A stretch of 64,000 bases of DNA, taken from a virus. This document shows positions 39,803 to 49,769 of the stretch, piece after piece. The notes under the pieces are model-generated. The model was not told the DNA's origin. It ran no database searches and saw only the letters and a list, made by a program, of their open reading frames with translations. The number at the start of each line of letters is the position of its first letter. The stretch's first letter is position 1. The DNA lies in IMG/VR virus record IMGVR_UViG_3300037258_001185, positions 20,252-84,251 of that record; one strand, given 5' to 3'. Both the position numbers and the translations under genes were made by a program.

Positions 39803-40552
39803 ATGCAAGTCGGGTTCAGTGCAGGCGCGGCCTTTGGCCAGCGCACCGATGTCTCGGCCGTCAGCCCCGACCAGTTCGCCCTGCTTCAGAGCGTGAGCGT
39901 CGATTTCGACTTCAGCCTGAAGGAGCTGTACGGCGAATATCAGTTCCCGCCGGTCATCGCTCGCGGGCAGGCCAAGGTCAGCGGCAAGATCAGCTTCGCG
40001 CGGATCTTCGGCGCGATCTATGCCGACCTGTTCTTCGGCGAGACCGCGGCGATTGGCGCCGGGCTCGTCGCGATCGAGAACGAATTCGGCACGATCCCGG
40101 GCAGCTCGACCTATATCGTCACGGTTGCCAATTCGGCGACCTGGACGGAAGACCTCGGCGTCTACTACGCGGCGACCGGGAAGCGACTGGCTCAGGTCGC
40201 CTCCGGGCCGACGGCCGGCCAATACAGCGTCGCCGCCGGCGTCTATACCTTCGCTGCCGCCGACGCCAGCCTCGGGGTGAATATCAGCTACCTCTACAAC
40301 GCGGCGTCGGGCCAGGTGAAATTCACGATCAACAATCACTTGATGGGCGTCACGCCGACCTGGAAGGGCGTCTTCTACAATCCGGGCGTGGTCATGGGCG
40401 CCGCCAACGGCCGGACCCTTGTTCTCAACCGCTGCGTGTCGAGCAAGCTGTCGATCCCCGACAAGATCGACGACTTCCAGATGAACGAGATGGATTTCTC
40501 GGCCTTCGCGGACGACAGCGGCGTCATCGGCACCTGGACCTCGGTGGAGTAG
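39803..40552 (+). CDS. Major tail tube protein
   Basis: Position before chaperones and tape measure; biased codons. Confidence 0.7.
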   Translation: MQVGFSAGAAFGQRTDVSAVSPDQFALLQSVSVDFDFSLKELYGEYQFPPVIARGQAKVSGKISFARIFGAIYADLFFGETAAIGAGLVAIENEFGTIPGSSTYIVTVANSATWTEDLGVYYAATGKRLAQVASGPTAGQYSVAAGVYTFAAADASLGVNISYLYNAASGQVKFTINNHLMGVTPTWKGVFYNPGVVMGAANGRTLVLNRCVSSKLSIPDKIDDFQMNEMDFSAFADDSGVIGTWTSVE

Positions 40553-40555
40553 AGC

Positions 40556-40837
40556 ATGGCAGACCTGATCACACTCGGCGACCGGACGTACGAATTCCGC
40601 AAGCTGAAGCTCGGCGAGTTGCGCGCGGTGCAGGCGGCGCTGCGCGCCGACGCCGAGGACTCGATCGGCTATGCGGCTGGGATCATCGCGGCCGCGTTGC
40701 CGGATCACAACCTCACCCCAGAGGCGCTCGACGGCCTGGAGGCGCTGCGGTACGAGATCGATGACGCGGCGACAAAGCTTCTCAAGCTGACCGGGTTTCA
40801 GCGGTCGGGGGAAGTGGAGCCGCAGCCGGCAGCCTAG
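40556..40837 (+). CDS. Tail assembly chaperone (G)
   Basis: Position; ends just after a GGGGGAA slippery site. Confidence 0.7.
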   Translation: MADLITLGDRTYEFRKLKLGELRAVQAALRADAEDSIGYAAGIIAAALPDHNLTPEALDGLEALRYEIDDAATKLLKLTGFQRSGEVEPQPAA

Positions 40838-41187
40838 CCGATATCTACTCGGCGCTGGCAACCGGCTGCGGCATGTCTCACCGTCAGATCGACGAGCTCT
40901 ATCTCGACGAGGCGCAAGAGACCTTCGCCTATTGGGAGCGCAACCCGCCGACCTACCAGATGGTCAGCATCATCGCTCAGATGCTCGGCTGGAAGCGCCC
41001 TGTCGGAGAAGCGCCGCCGCTGCCGACGTTGACAGCCGCCGAGGCGGCGGCGATCGGCAAAGCCGCCGGGCTGCCGGGCCCGGTTGCCACCAGCTTCGAG
41101 GACATGAAGGCCCGCAACCTGGCGCGCATGGTCGAGATCGCCAAGCGCAACGCGGCCAAGGGCCTCAGTACTGGATCCCCACCATGA
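40807..41187 (+). CDS. Tail assembly chaperone -1 frameshift extension (GT)
   Basis: G-GGG-GAA at 40807-40813; the -1 frame stays open to 41187. Confidence 0.7.
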   Translation, partial: GGSGAAAGSLADIYSALATGCGMSHRQIDELYLDEAQETFAYWERNPPTYQMVSIIAQMLGWKRPVGEAPPLPTLTAAEAAAIGKAAGLPGPVATSFEDMKARNLARMVEIAKRNAAKGLSTGSPP

Positions 41188-41596
41188 CGCCGTCGCGGAA
41201 ATAGACGTAGATCGCATCGGCGCCCCCGCCTCGGATCACGTAGGCGCAATCGCTGTCGCTGCTGGGATAGATCCACTGCTGGACCGCCTGGCCCGAAACG
41301 ACACTGATGTTGGTTTTGGCCGGACGCCCAAGCATCGAGTTCCGAACCTGATCTTCGGTCATCCCGTCGTGCGGGAGCTGCGACACGCATTGCTGGCGAG
41401 ATGGCAGCACGGGCGCCGTCGCCGGACGCGCATGGAACACACCGCGCGCGCGCTCCCGGAGTTCGGCGCCCATGCGCTTCTCCGCAGCGATTAGCGCGTC
41501 AATCGACTGCGGCTCAGCCGACATAGTTGGCCGGGCCGCCAATAGCGCCAGCGCCAGCGCGCCGATCGTGACTCGCGTTCCCTGCCTCATGGGCAT
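41165..41596 (-). CDS. Secreted SmpA/BamE-like domain protein (moron)
   Basis: Signal peptide; GMTEDQVRNSMLGRP...QQWIY...YVYFRDG. Confidence 0.55.
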   Translation of the reverse strand: MPMRQGTRVTIGALALALLAARPTMSAEPQSIDALIAAEKRMGAELRERARGVFHARPATAPVLPSRQQCVSQLPHDGMTEDQVRNSMLGRPAKTNISVVSGQAVQQWIYPSSDSDCAYVIRGGGADAIYVYFRDGVMVGIQY

Positions 41597-41616
41597 CAAT
41601 CGTATCAGGAGGTGCC

Positions 41617-44600
41617 ATGCCTGAGAACATCGGCGTCTCGATTGGTGCAGACAGTTCCAAGCTGCGCGCCGACCTGGCGATCGCCCAGGCGCAGGTGCGC
41701 GCGTTTGGCGCCGAGCTGCGCAAGGCGGCATCATCGTCGCTGTCCGGCGGCGATGTCAGCGGCCTGCAGAAGATGGCCGCGGCGACGCAGGCGGCCGAGC
41801 AGAACGTCAAGCGGCTCCGCTCCACGCTGAACAGCGGCGGTTCCTCGCCGTTCGGCAAGACGATCAAAGACATGAAGATGCTCGGCGAAGGGGTCGAGAA
41901 GGGCCTGACCGCGATCACCTCGATGCGCGGCGCCTTCCGCGAGCTGGGCGAGACGGTCGGTGTCGCCTTCGCGGCCGAAAAGATCATTGAATGGACCGCC
42001 GCGGCAGCCGAGGGCGCCGAGACGATCAAGAACCTTGCACTCGCCACCGGCATCTCGGCGCAGGAGTTTGCGCAGTTCTCGGCAGCGGAGAAGCTCGTCG
42101 GCGGCAATGCCGAGGCGGCGGCGCGGTCGATGATCACGCTGCGCCAGAAGATGCAACAGGCCGTCGAACAACCGGATTCGGGCGCAATGGACGCCTTCGG
42201 CCACCTCGGCCTATCGGTGACAGAGGTGAAGGCCGGGCTGACGGATCTCTTCCCTTTCATGCGGCGGTTGATCGCACTTTACGGAGAGTTCTCCGCAAGC
42301 CAGCAACACGCCGCGGATTTCGCTCAACTCTTCGGGTCGCGCGGCTTGGTCCAAATCGCCCGGCTGAGCGAGGGACTTGACGAGCTGATCAAGAAGGGCA
42401 CGGACCTCGGGATGGTCCCTTCCCCGGAGATGCTCGACAACCTCGACAAGACTGCTGGCAAAATCCACGAGCTCGGCGGCGCATGGGAGGGGTTCAAGAA
42501 CGAGGTCGCCAACAGCGGCGTATTCACGGCTCCGCTCGAAAACTTGACCGACCTTCTACAGAAGCTTCGCGGCGCAAGATCATGGCTGGCGGCCGCCCCT
42601 GGCCAGAAACAAATGTCGGTAGCCGACGTCGCCGCCTTCACTGGCCACGCTGCTGTTCCGGATATGGCCGTTGTGGGCGCCGGCAAGTCGGCGGCCTACG
42701 CGACGCTGCCGCCGCCAATCCCGGACTTGCCGTTCAGCATGCGCTCCGGTGTACGCACCGATGCCGGCCAGGAAACCGCCATCGCCGACATCATCGCCCA
42801 TGCTGCGGCGACCCTGCCGCAAGGCTACCGGGTTGAGATGACCTCGGGATATCGGCCGCAGGGGTCAAATTCGCCGGTCGGGAAAAACTCGCAGCACACG
42901 CTCGGGTTGGCCGGCGACTTCGCAATCATCGGCCCCAATGGCCAGATCCCGAACGAGGGTGCCGACACGACCGGCATGTACGGCAATCTATCCACCGCGG
43001 CGCAGGCCTACCAGAAGAGCACATACCCGCAGTTTTCACCCTATTGGCGATGGGGCGGCCAATTCGGCGCCAACGGGGGACCGGCCGGTCCCGGCTCGCC
43101 CGCTGACCTGATGCACTTTGACCTGCGCGGCTATTCGGCAAGCGCACCGGCGGCGCAGCCGATGCCGAGCGACTACACCACCGGGGCCGCGAAGAAGCGC
43201 TATGACGCCGACATGGAAAAGCGCCAGTCGGCGGCCGAGGAAATCCACGATCAACAGGCGTTGCTCGCGATCGCCAAGGAACGCGCCGATTTCGAGAAGA
43301 AGACGCCGGATCAACAACACACATTCTTGGCCCAGAAATACCCTTACGGCAGCGCCGAAAACACGGCGGGCGCCGCTGGCGCGAAGGCAGACACCGAGGT
43401 CCACAAGACCGAGGTCGCCGCGCAGCAATACGAGATCAGGACGCGGCTCGCTCAGCTCGACATGCAGCAGGACGAGGCGCGCCGCCGCAGCGACCTCGCT
43501 ACGGTCGCCCAGATCGAGCAGCAGAAAACCGCCATCATCCAGGCGAACAGCTCGGCGACCGCGGCCGAGAAGATCCAGGCCGAGAGCCGGGTCCGCGCGG
43601 CGCAGTTGGAGACGGCGCAACAGGCCTTCAACCTGGCCGAGCAGGGGACGGCGGCGCAGCAGCACGCCGACGCCGACATCGAGAAAGGCTTCGCGGCGCG
43701 CCAGAACGCGCTCGTCACGCGCGGCGCGATCACGCCGCAACAGGGCACCAGCGCGCAGATTGCCGAGGTGCAACAGATCGCCGCGGCAGAGCAGGCCGCC
43801 CTCGAAAGACTGATGGCGATGGCCGATGCCACCAGCAATCTGACCGAGCGCACCCGGGTCTATTGGCAGGAATGGGAACTCGGCACCCAGACCCAGGCCA
43901 AGGTGCTGGAACTGCAAAAGCAGATGACGGACGAGGCCAAGAAACTCGCCGAAGCCTACGCGCAGCCGTTCAAGCAGGCCATGAGTTCGGTCTCCGGCAG
44001 CATCGAGAGCGCCCTCACCGGCGTCATCACTAGAACGACGACCCTGCAGAAGGCCTGGCAGGACGTCGACAAGGCGATCATCTCGGCCGGCGTCCACCTG
44101 GCCGGCTCCGTCCTGTCGAAGGCGGCCGGCGGCATGCTGGGCGGCAAGCCCGGCGAGGGCATCGAGGACGTGCTCGGCAACATGGCGAGCAACTGGCTCG
44201 GCAAGCAGGTGAGCGGCCTGTTGCCGGGGCTGGCGACCAGCACGGCGGCAGACACCGCGGGCGCGACCGCCTCGGCGCCGATCCTGAGCGCCGGCATGGT
44301 TGCTGGCGCCACGGCGGCAGCCCCGATCCTGACGGCCGCCATGGCGGCAGGCGGCGCGAGCAGCGGCATCGGTTCGGCCGCTGGCGGGCTGCTGGGCGCT
44401 TCCGGCGGTATCGGCGCGATGGTCGACGCGATCCCGCTGGGGTTCAGCCAGGGCGGCATCGTGCCGTCGGCAGCCGGCGGCTGGGCATTGCCGTCCTTTG
44501 CCGGGGCGCAGCCGGCGCTGCTGCACTCGAAGGAGATGGTCCTGCCGCAGCATCTCAGCGAGGGCATCCAGAACATGATCGGCAGCGGCGGCGGCGGCGG

Positions 44601-44730
44601 CGGCCAGTTCAACGCGCACTTCCACGGCCCCGCCGACGCGCCGTCGATGGAGCGCTGGTTCCGCGACAACATGATGCGTAATTCGAGCGTCATGGAGCGC
44701 GCGGTCCGCTCGAACCGCGTGAGGATCTGA
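41617..44730 (+). CDS. Tape measure protein with an internal M15-like peptidase domain
   Basis: 1037-aa Ala/Gln-rich helical protein; SGYR...SQHTLGLAGD...WGG...DLMHFD. Confidence 0.88.
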   Translation: MPENIGVSIGADSSKLRADLAIAQAQVRAFGAELRKAASSSLSGGDVSGLQKMAAATQAAEQNVKRLRSTLNSGGSSPFGKTIKDMKMLGEGVEKGLTAITSMRGAFRELGETVGVAFAAEKIIEWTAAAAEGAETIKNLALATGISAQEFAQFSAAEKLVGGNAEAAARSMITLRQKMQQAVEQPDSGAMDAFGHLGLSVTEVKAGLTDLFPFMRRLIALYGEFSASQQHAADFAQLFGSRGLVQIARLSEGLDELIKKGTDLGMVPSPEMLDNLDKTAGKIHELGGAWEGFKNEVANSGVFTAPLENLTDLLQKLRGARSWLAAAPGQKQMSVADVAAFTGHAAVPDMAVVGAGKSAAYATLPPPIPDLPFSMRSGVRTDAGQETAIADIIAHAAATLPQGYRVEMTSGYRPQGSNSPVGKNSQHTLGLAGDFAIIGPNGQIPNEGADTTGMYGNLSTAAQAYQKSTYPQFSPYWRWGGQFGANGGPAGPGSPADLMHFDLRGYSASAPAAQPMPSDYTTGAAKKRYDADMEKRQSAAEEIHDQQALLAIAKERADFEKKTPDQQHTFLAQKYPYGSAENTAGAAGAKADTEVHKTEVAAQQYEIRTRLAQLDMQQDEARRRSDLATVAQIEQQKTAIIQANSSATAAEKIQAESRVRAAQLETAQQAFNLAEQGTAAQQHADADIEKGFAARQNALVTRGAITPQQGTSAQIAEVQQIAAAEQAALERLMAMADATSNLTERTRVYWQEWELGTQTQAKVLELQKQMTDEAKKLAEAYAQPFKQAMSSVSGSIESALTGVITRTTTLQKAWQDVDKAIISAGVHLAGSVLSKAAGGMLGGKPGEGIEDVLGNMASNWLGKQVSGLLPGLATSTAADTAGATASAPILSAGMVAGATAAAPILTAAMAAGGASSGIGSAAGGLLGASGGIGAMVDAIPLGFSQGGIVPSAAGGWALPSFAGAQPALLHSKEMVLPQHLSEGIQNMIGSGGGGGGQFNAHFHGPADAPSMERWFRDNMMRNSSVMERAVRSNRVRI

Positions 44731-45386
44731 TGTCGGATCCGATCTTTCCGGATCTGGCTGGCCTCGCCTGGACGGTGACGAAGACGCCGAATTTCTCGAC
44801 CCGCACGCAGCGCGGCACCTCCGGGCGCGAATTGCGCCTCATCGACCAGCCGCTCGCGATCTGGGATTTCAGCCTCAACTACGATTTCCTGCGCGATCAG
44901 AACGACACGCGGGCCGGCGCCGGCATTGGCCCGGGCGTGGGCCACAACGAGCTGCGCACGCTGATGGGTTTCTACCTGTCGCGGCAGGGCAGCTTCGCGA
45001 CGTTCCTGTTCGACGATCCAACCGACAATACCGTCGTGGGTCTCGGCGACGCGACCGGGGTCATGGGGCCGGGTGACGGCGTTTCCGTGAGCACGTCGCT
45101 GTTGCGCCAGTTGCTCCCGGGCGCCGGCCAGTACACCGAGCCGGTCGCCGCGACCAACACGGTGACCGCCGTCTATGTGAACGGCGTCGACCCCGGCGGC
45201 TGGACCGTCGACGCGGACACCGCGGTCGTCACTTTCGGATCGGCGCCTCCCGCGGGCGCGACGCTCAGTTGGGATGGGACGTTCTATTTCCGCTGCCGGT
45301 TCGCCCTCGATCAGGCCGAGTTCAGCAACTTTCTCTATCAGCTCTGGTCCCTGAAGCAGCTCAAGTTTTCGTCGGTCCTTTCCTAA
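44730..45386 (+). CDS. DUF2460-like distal tail protein
   Basis: TPNFST...SGRE...FLFDDPTD...FYFRCRF. Confidence 0.8.
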   Translation: MSDPIFPDLAGLAWTVTKTPNFSTRTQRGTSGRELRLIDQPLAIWDFSLNYDFLRDQNDTRAGAGIGPGVGHNELRTLMGFYLSRQGSFATFLFDDPTDNTVVGLGDATGVMGPGDGVSVSTSLLRQLLPGAGQYTEPVAATNTVTAVYVNGVDPGGWTVDADTAVVTFGSAPPAGATLSWDGTFYFRCRFALDQAEFSNFLYQLWSLKQLKFSSVLS

Positions 45387-45396
45387 GGAGAAATCC

Positions 45397-45705
45397 ATGC
45401 TCAGCCGTGAAATGACGATCGTTGCCATCCACGGCGAGGGTGACGCCGCTACCGCGCACAACCTGCTCCGCACGCCGAAGAACCCGACGCCGCCGATGCC
45501 GCGGCCCGATGTCGTTGCGGTCCTGCGCGATGACGCTGGCAATCTGCACGAAATCCGCATGGCGGATTGGGACGACGTCAAGGAGCTGCAGCAGCTTGCC
45601 GGCTACGACACCAGCCCCAACGACCAGAAGCAGCCGAAAAACCACTGGAAGTTCGGCGCCAAGGTCAAGGTGACAGTAGGCGCCATCGAGGCGCCAGCGG
45701 CATAG
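45397..45705 (+). CDS. Hypothetical protein
   Basis: AAGGAG RBS. Confidence 0.55.
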   Translation: MLSREMTIVAIHGEGDAATAHNLLRTPKNPTPPMPRPDVVAVLRDDAGNLHEIRMADWDDVKELQQLAGYDTSPNDQKQPKNHWKFGAKVKVTVGAIEAPAA

Positions 45706-45725
45706 CCTGCCGCCGGGTTTGCACC

Positions 45726-45750
45726 AGGGCGCCTTGCAGCGCCCTTTTTT
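45726..45750 (+). terminator. Intrinsic terminator
   Basis: agggcgc-cttgca-gcgccct plus T run. Confidence 0.65.
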
Positions 45751-45790
45751 GTGCCGCAAGGCGCCATCCCATCCCTGAGAGGAAAACCGC

Positions 45791-46261
45791 ATGTCGAGCG
45801 GCCGCACTTACAACGTCACCTTTCGCAGCGTGAGCGTCGCCGCGGCGCAAGACCTGATCGCGGTGTACGCCGGCGCCTCGATGGCCTTCGAGGTCATCGG
45901 CTTTGGCTTGTCGCCCGGCAACACGACGGTCGAAAACCTGCTGATCAACCTGAAGCACCTGCCGGCCACCGTCACGGCCGGCTCGGGCGGGTCGGCCGGT
46001 ACGATGCAAAAGGACAACCCGACGGATGCCGCCGCGACGGTTACCTCGCGCATCAACGACACGACCCCGGCGACCACCGGCGGCACGGCCGACTACCCGC
46101 ATTCGGACGGCTACAACGAGGTCAACGGCTTCGAGTGGATTTTCCCCGAGCGCTCGCGCCCGGTTGCCAAGCTCAGCGAGGCGATGGTGTTCGAGGTCGT
46201 AACGGCGCCCGGCGCCGGCCGCACGTTGAGCGGCTGGATGAAGATCCGCGAGCTGTTCTAG
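45791..46261 (+). CDS. Virion structural protein
   Basis: Beta-rich ORF with RBS in the tail module. Confidence 0.55.
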   Translation: MSSGRTYNVTFRSVSVAAAQDLIAVYAGASMAFEVIGFGLSPGNTTVENLLINLKHLPATVTAGSGGSAGTMQKDNPTDAAATVTSRINDTTPATTGGTADYPHSDGYNEVNGFEWIFPERSRPVAKLSEAMVFEVVTAPGAGRTLSGWMKIRELF

Positions 46262-46274
46262 GCCGGGAGGTCCG

Positions 46275-47846
46275 ATGGCCTATCACGCAAACCCGCTCGT
46301 CGAGGATTTCAAACTCTACAGCGCGATTGCGGATGCGGCCACCGGACCGGCGCCGATGTGGAACTCGTCACAGTATTGGTCCTTCGCGGCCGGCCGGTTT
46401 TCCGGCGAACAGGGCATGACCCCCAATGGCCTCGCCACGGGTGCCGCGACGATGCTCTACAAGGATCTGGGCGAGACTGACGCCTCGATCATCTGCGCGC
46501 TGTCCTTCATCCAGAACATCGCCCTCGGCGGCGCGACCGAAGGCTTGGGCATCCAGTTGCTCGACGGCGTCACCGCCCAAGTCACGGTCATGTTCCGTAC
46601 CGATGGCTCCGTCATCGTGCGGTCGGGCGGCACGAGCGGCACGATCGTGGCGACTTTCCCGGGCGTGTTCACGCAAGCGACCTGGCTTCCGCTCCAGATC
46701 GAGATCGTGGTCGGGACAAGCGGCTCGGTCAGCATCTGGAAAAACGGCCAGACGGGCGCGCTGACCAGCCCCGACCATAGCGCCACCGGCATCAACACGC
46801 AGGGCGGCACCGGAGCGGCCCAATACAGCCGCGTGTCCCTCGTCTCGTTCGGCTTTGTGCCTTTCGGGATGGGCGCCGGCAACCAGGTTGTCGATTCCTT
46901 CCGCTGCTGGAACGAAACCGACAGCGGCGTGGCAGCCGGCCCCTATCAGCTCGTCGGCGATTGCCGCCCGGAAATCCTGCTGCCCGACAACGATGCGGCG
47001 ATCCAGTTCTCCGACACCGCGCCCTTTGAGGACGCGAACACCTTTCCCTATGCCGCGAGCACCGACAGCCGCGGCGCCGGAACGGTGACCTACAGCGCCT
47101 ACACCCCGGCGCGGAATTTCGACATTTCCGAGGTCCAGATCTCCCTCAACGCGCCGATTACGGGGCATGTCTCCTTCGCCGTCTGGGATAGCGACGGCCT
47201 GCCGCGCGGGTCGACGGCGACGCCCGGCACCGTCCTCGGTTCGGGCACGATCACAAACCCGGTTGGCGGCAACAACGTCATCACCATGACGTCGCCGGTG
47301 CGGCTCGTCCGCGGCCATCTCTATTTCGTGGCGCTCGATCAGGACGTGACCACCGTCTACCAGTGCACCTTCGGTTTTCCACCGACGTATCCGACATACA
47401 CGGGCACGACGTCCTACGGCAGTTTCCCGGCGGCCAATCCGGCACCGCTCACCACCTTCACCAGCGGCAACATCGATGCGATGACCCTGATCTCGGTCGA
47501 GAATTACGCCTCGCTGGCCGAGCCAAAGCAAGACGGTTCCGCCACCTATGTTACGAGCCAGACGGCGGGCGACCGGGATCTCTATGGCCTCGACGACCTG
47601 ACCGACACCCCAACGAACATCGATACCGTCGTTGTTCGCCTCCTTGCCTGGAAAACCGATGCCGGTGCGCGCGAGGGCCAGATCGAGTGGCTCTCCGGCG
47701 CGACGACGGCTGACAGCACGGCAGAGGAATTGGCCTCGACCCCGGGCTACCTGAACGACGTGCGCGGCGCCGACCCCAACACCGGCGCCGCATGGACGGC
47801 GGGCGCGGTGAACGCGCTCGAGATCGGGCCCAAGGTCGCCGCCTAA
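46275..47846 (+). CDS. Tail fibre/adhesin-like protein
   Basis: Gly/Thr/Ser-rich beta protein; DPNTGAAWT C-terminus. Confidence 0.6.
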   Translation: MAYHANPLVEDFKLYSAIADAATGPAPMWNSSQYWSFAAGRFSGEQGMTPNGLATGAATMLYKDLGETDASIICALSFIQNIALGGATEGLGIQLLDGVTAQVTVMFRTDGSVIVRSGGTSGTIVATFPGVFTQATWLPLQIEIVVGTSGSVSIWKNGQTGALTSPDHSATGINTQGGTGAAQYSRVSLVSFGFVPFGMGAGNQVVDSFRCWNETDSGVAAGPYQLVGDCRPEILLPDNDAAIQFSDTAPFEDANTFPYAASTDSRGAGTVTYSAYTPARNFDISEVQISLNAPITGHVSFAVWDSDGLPRGSTATPGTVLGSGTITNPVGGNNVITMTSPVRLVRGHLYFVALDQDVTTVYQCTFGFPPTYPTYTGTTSYGSFPAANPAPLTTFTSGNIDAMTLISVENYASLAEPKQDGSATYVTSQTAGDRDLYGLDDLTDTPTNIDTVVVRLLAWKTDAGAREGQIEWLSGATTADSTAEELASTPGYLNDVRGADPNTGAAWTAGAVNALEIGPKVAA

Positions 47847-47870
47847 AACCCGCCCCAAAAGGAGGCCGGC

Positions 47871-49751
47871 ATGGCCAGCCCTTATGCCTCCAATCCAACG
47901 GCCGCGGACAGGGTCAAGGAAACCACGACCGCAACGCCGACGCTGTCTGTTGGGGCGACGATCAACCTCGCCGGCGCCGTCACTCAGTTCCAGTCCTTTG
48001 TCGCTGGGATCGGGAACGGGCATGCCTGCTTTTATTGCGTCCTGTCCGGGAACGGCACTGACTGGCAGGTCTCCCGCGGCACGGTCGTCAGCGGCTCACC
48101 GAACACGATCAGCGTCGACGCCTTCCTGGCATCGAGCACCGGGTCACCGATTACGCTCAGTGGCACCAGCTCCATCTTCCAGACCCATCCGGCTCACGGG
48201 ACGGACTTCTATACCGGCGGCGCTTGGGACGCGACGGGGGCGACCTCCTACCTGAAGGGCGCCATCGTCACCTTCGGGGGATTGTGGTGGCTGGCGCGCG
48301 AGAACGTGCCGGCGCCGAACTACAACGCGCCCCCCGCTATCGATGGGTCTGCCTCTGGTTCCGCCAGCGGCAGCAGCTTGACCGTGACCCTGACGACGAC
48401 CCAAGCCGATGACGTGGTCTATCTCGCGATCAACGGCAACGCCTCGGCTTCGGTGTCTGGCGTCTCAAGCACGAATACCACCGGGTGGGTTCGTCGCCAG
48501 CGCGTGACCCAAGGAACAGAGTGGGTCGAGATCTGGAGGGGATCGGCGGCTGCGGCCCTGACGTCGGAAGCGATCGGGATCACCCTGACCGGGTCGGACT
48601 ACCCCGCCGGCATTGCCATTGGCGTATCCGGGGCCAACTATTCGGCGCCGGGTGACACCAACGCCGCCCACCGCGTGAGCGCCAGCGGCACCTCGTCCAC
48701 AACCCCAGCGGTAACCGGGCTCTCCACCGACGAGGCCTATGACCTGCTGTTATGCTTCATCGGCGTCGGCGGCGCGAGCGGGGCGAACCCGAGCGCCTTC
48801 ACAGACATAACCCACACCACGTCCGTCAACCCGTCCAACATCCGGGCCGGCTACCTCAGCGTTACGACGACGGAGACCAACGCCGGATGGACGGCGGCTG
48901 GCGGCGCTGTTGCGAACTGGGGTATGGTCGTGGACGCGATTACCGCAGGCGCCGGCCCTCCGGGCGTCGACCCGCGGTGGGTCGCCACGGGCGGCCTGAC
49001 CAGTGCGGCCCTCGACGCGGTCATCGGCTCGACCCAGGGGATGCTCCTCTACCGCGACGCCTCGGCGTGGAAGGCGCTCTCCCCGGGCGCCGCCGGCTAC
49101 CTGCTCCAGACCGGCGGCACGGCCGCAAACCCATCCTGGATCTCCGGCGGCGGCGTCGCGAGCGGCCTCTACAGCCAGGTCATGTCGGGCGTGGCGCCGA
49201 CCCAGGCCTCGACGGGCTTCGGCACCTGGGTGAACCAGGGGAGCGCCACCGTAACCAACGGAACCACCGGCGTCAGCCTCTACGGACCGAGCGGAGGGAA
49301 CAGCGAGAACTGGCACGGACTCACCAAGACGGCCCCCACCCCGCCCTACACGGTGAAGGCGCTTCTCGCCGCCGGCCTGGACGTCCAGGGCACGACGTTC
49401 CCGAACGTGGGCATTGGCTGGACCGACGGCACCAAGCTGCACATCTTCTCCTTGAACTTCAGGAACTACTTACCCTTCTGCTGGGTAATGAAGTACAATA
49501 GCGTTACTTCGTACAATAACGCCGACTCCAGCATAAGCGTCCCCATAGCCAACCCAATTTGGATTTGGCTCACGAACAGCGGCACGAACATCACCTTTGC
49601 CTACGCCATCGACGGGGCCAACCCCACCACCTTGTTCACCGTCGCGATCGGCAGCGGGTTCCTCGGCAGCGGCGGATACGGAACGCTGTTCTTCGGGATT
49701 GACACCTTCAACACAGGCGTCCGGGGGACGCTCATGGCCTACTCGGATTAG
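47871..49751 (+). CDS. Tail fibre / receptor-binding protein
   Basis: ADRVKETTT N-terminus; modular beta domains. Confidence 0.65.
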   Translation: MASPYASNPTAADRVKETTTATPTLSVGATINLAGAVTQFQSFVAGIGNGHACFYCVLSGNGTDWQVSRGTVVSGSPNTISVDAFLASSTGSPITLSGTSSIFQTHPAHGTDFYTGGAWDATGATSYLKGAIVTFGGLWWLARENVPAPNYNAPPAIDGSASGSASGSSLTVTLTTTQADDVVYLAINGNASASVSGVSSTNTTGWVRRQRVTQGTEWVEIWRGSAAAALTSEAIGITLTGSDYPAGIAIGVSGANYSAPGDTNAAHRVSASGTSSTTPAVTGLSTDEAYDLLLCFIGVGGASGANPSAFTDITHTTSVNPSNIRAGYLSVTTTETNAGWTAAGGAVANWGMVVDAITAGAGPPGVDPRWVATGGLTSAALDAVIGSTQGMLLYRDASAWKALSPGAAGYLLQTGGTAANPSWISGGGVASGLYSQVMSGVAPTQASTGFGTWVNQGSATVTNGTTGVSLYGPSGGNSENWHGLTKTAPTPPYTVKALLAAGLDVQGTTFPNVGIGWTDGTKLHIFSLNFRNYLPFCWVMKYNSVTSYNNADSSISVPIANPIWIWLTNSGTNITFAYAIDGANPTTLFTVAIGSGFLGSGGYGTLFFGIDTFNTGVRGTLMAYSD

Positions 49752-49769
49752 CCGCGGCGAGAGCGCCCG

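Noticed and set aside
49400-49650. Diversity-generating retroelement variable region in the fibre C-terminus (AT-richer, AAC/TAC-rich patch)
   Set aside because: No second template copy or reverse transcriptase in the window; a recently acquired domain is simpler
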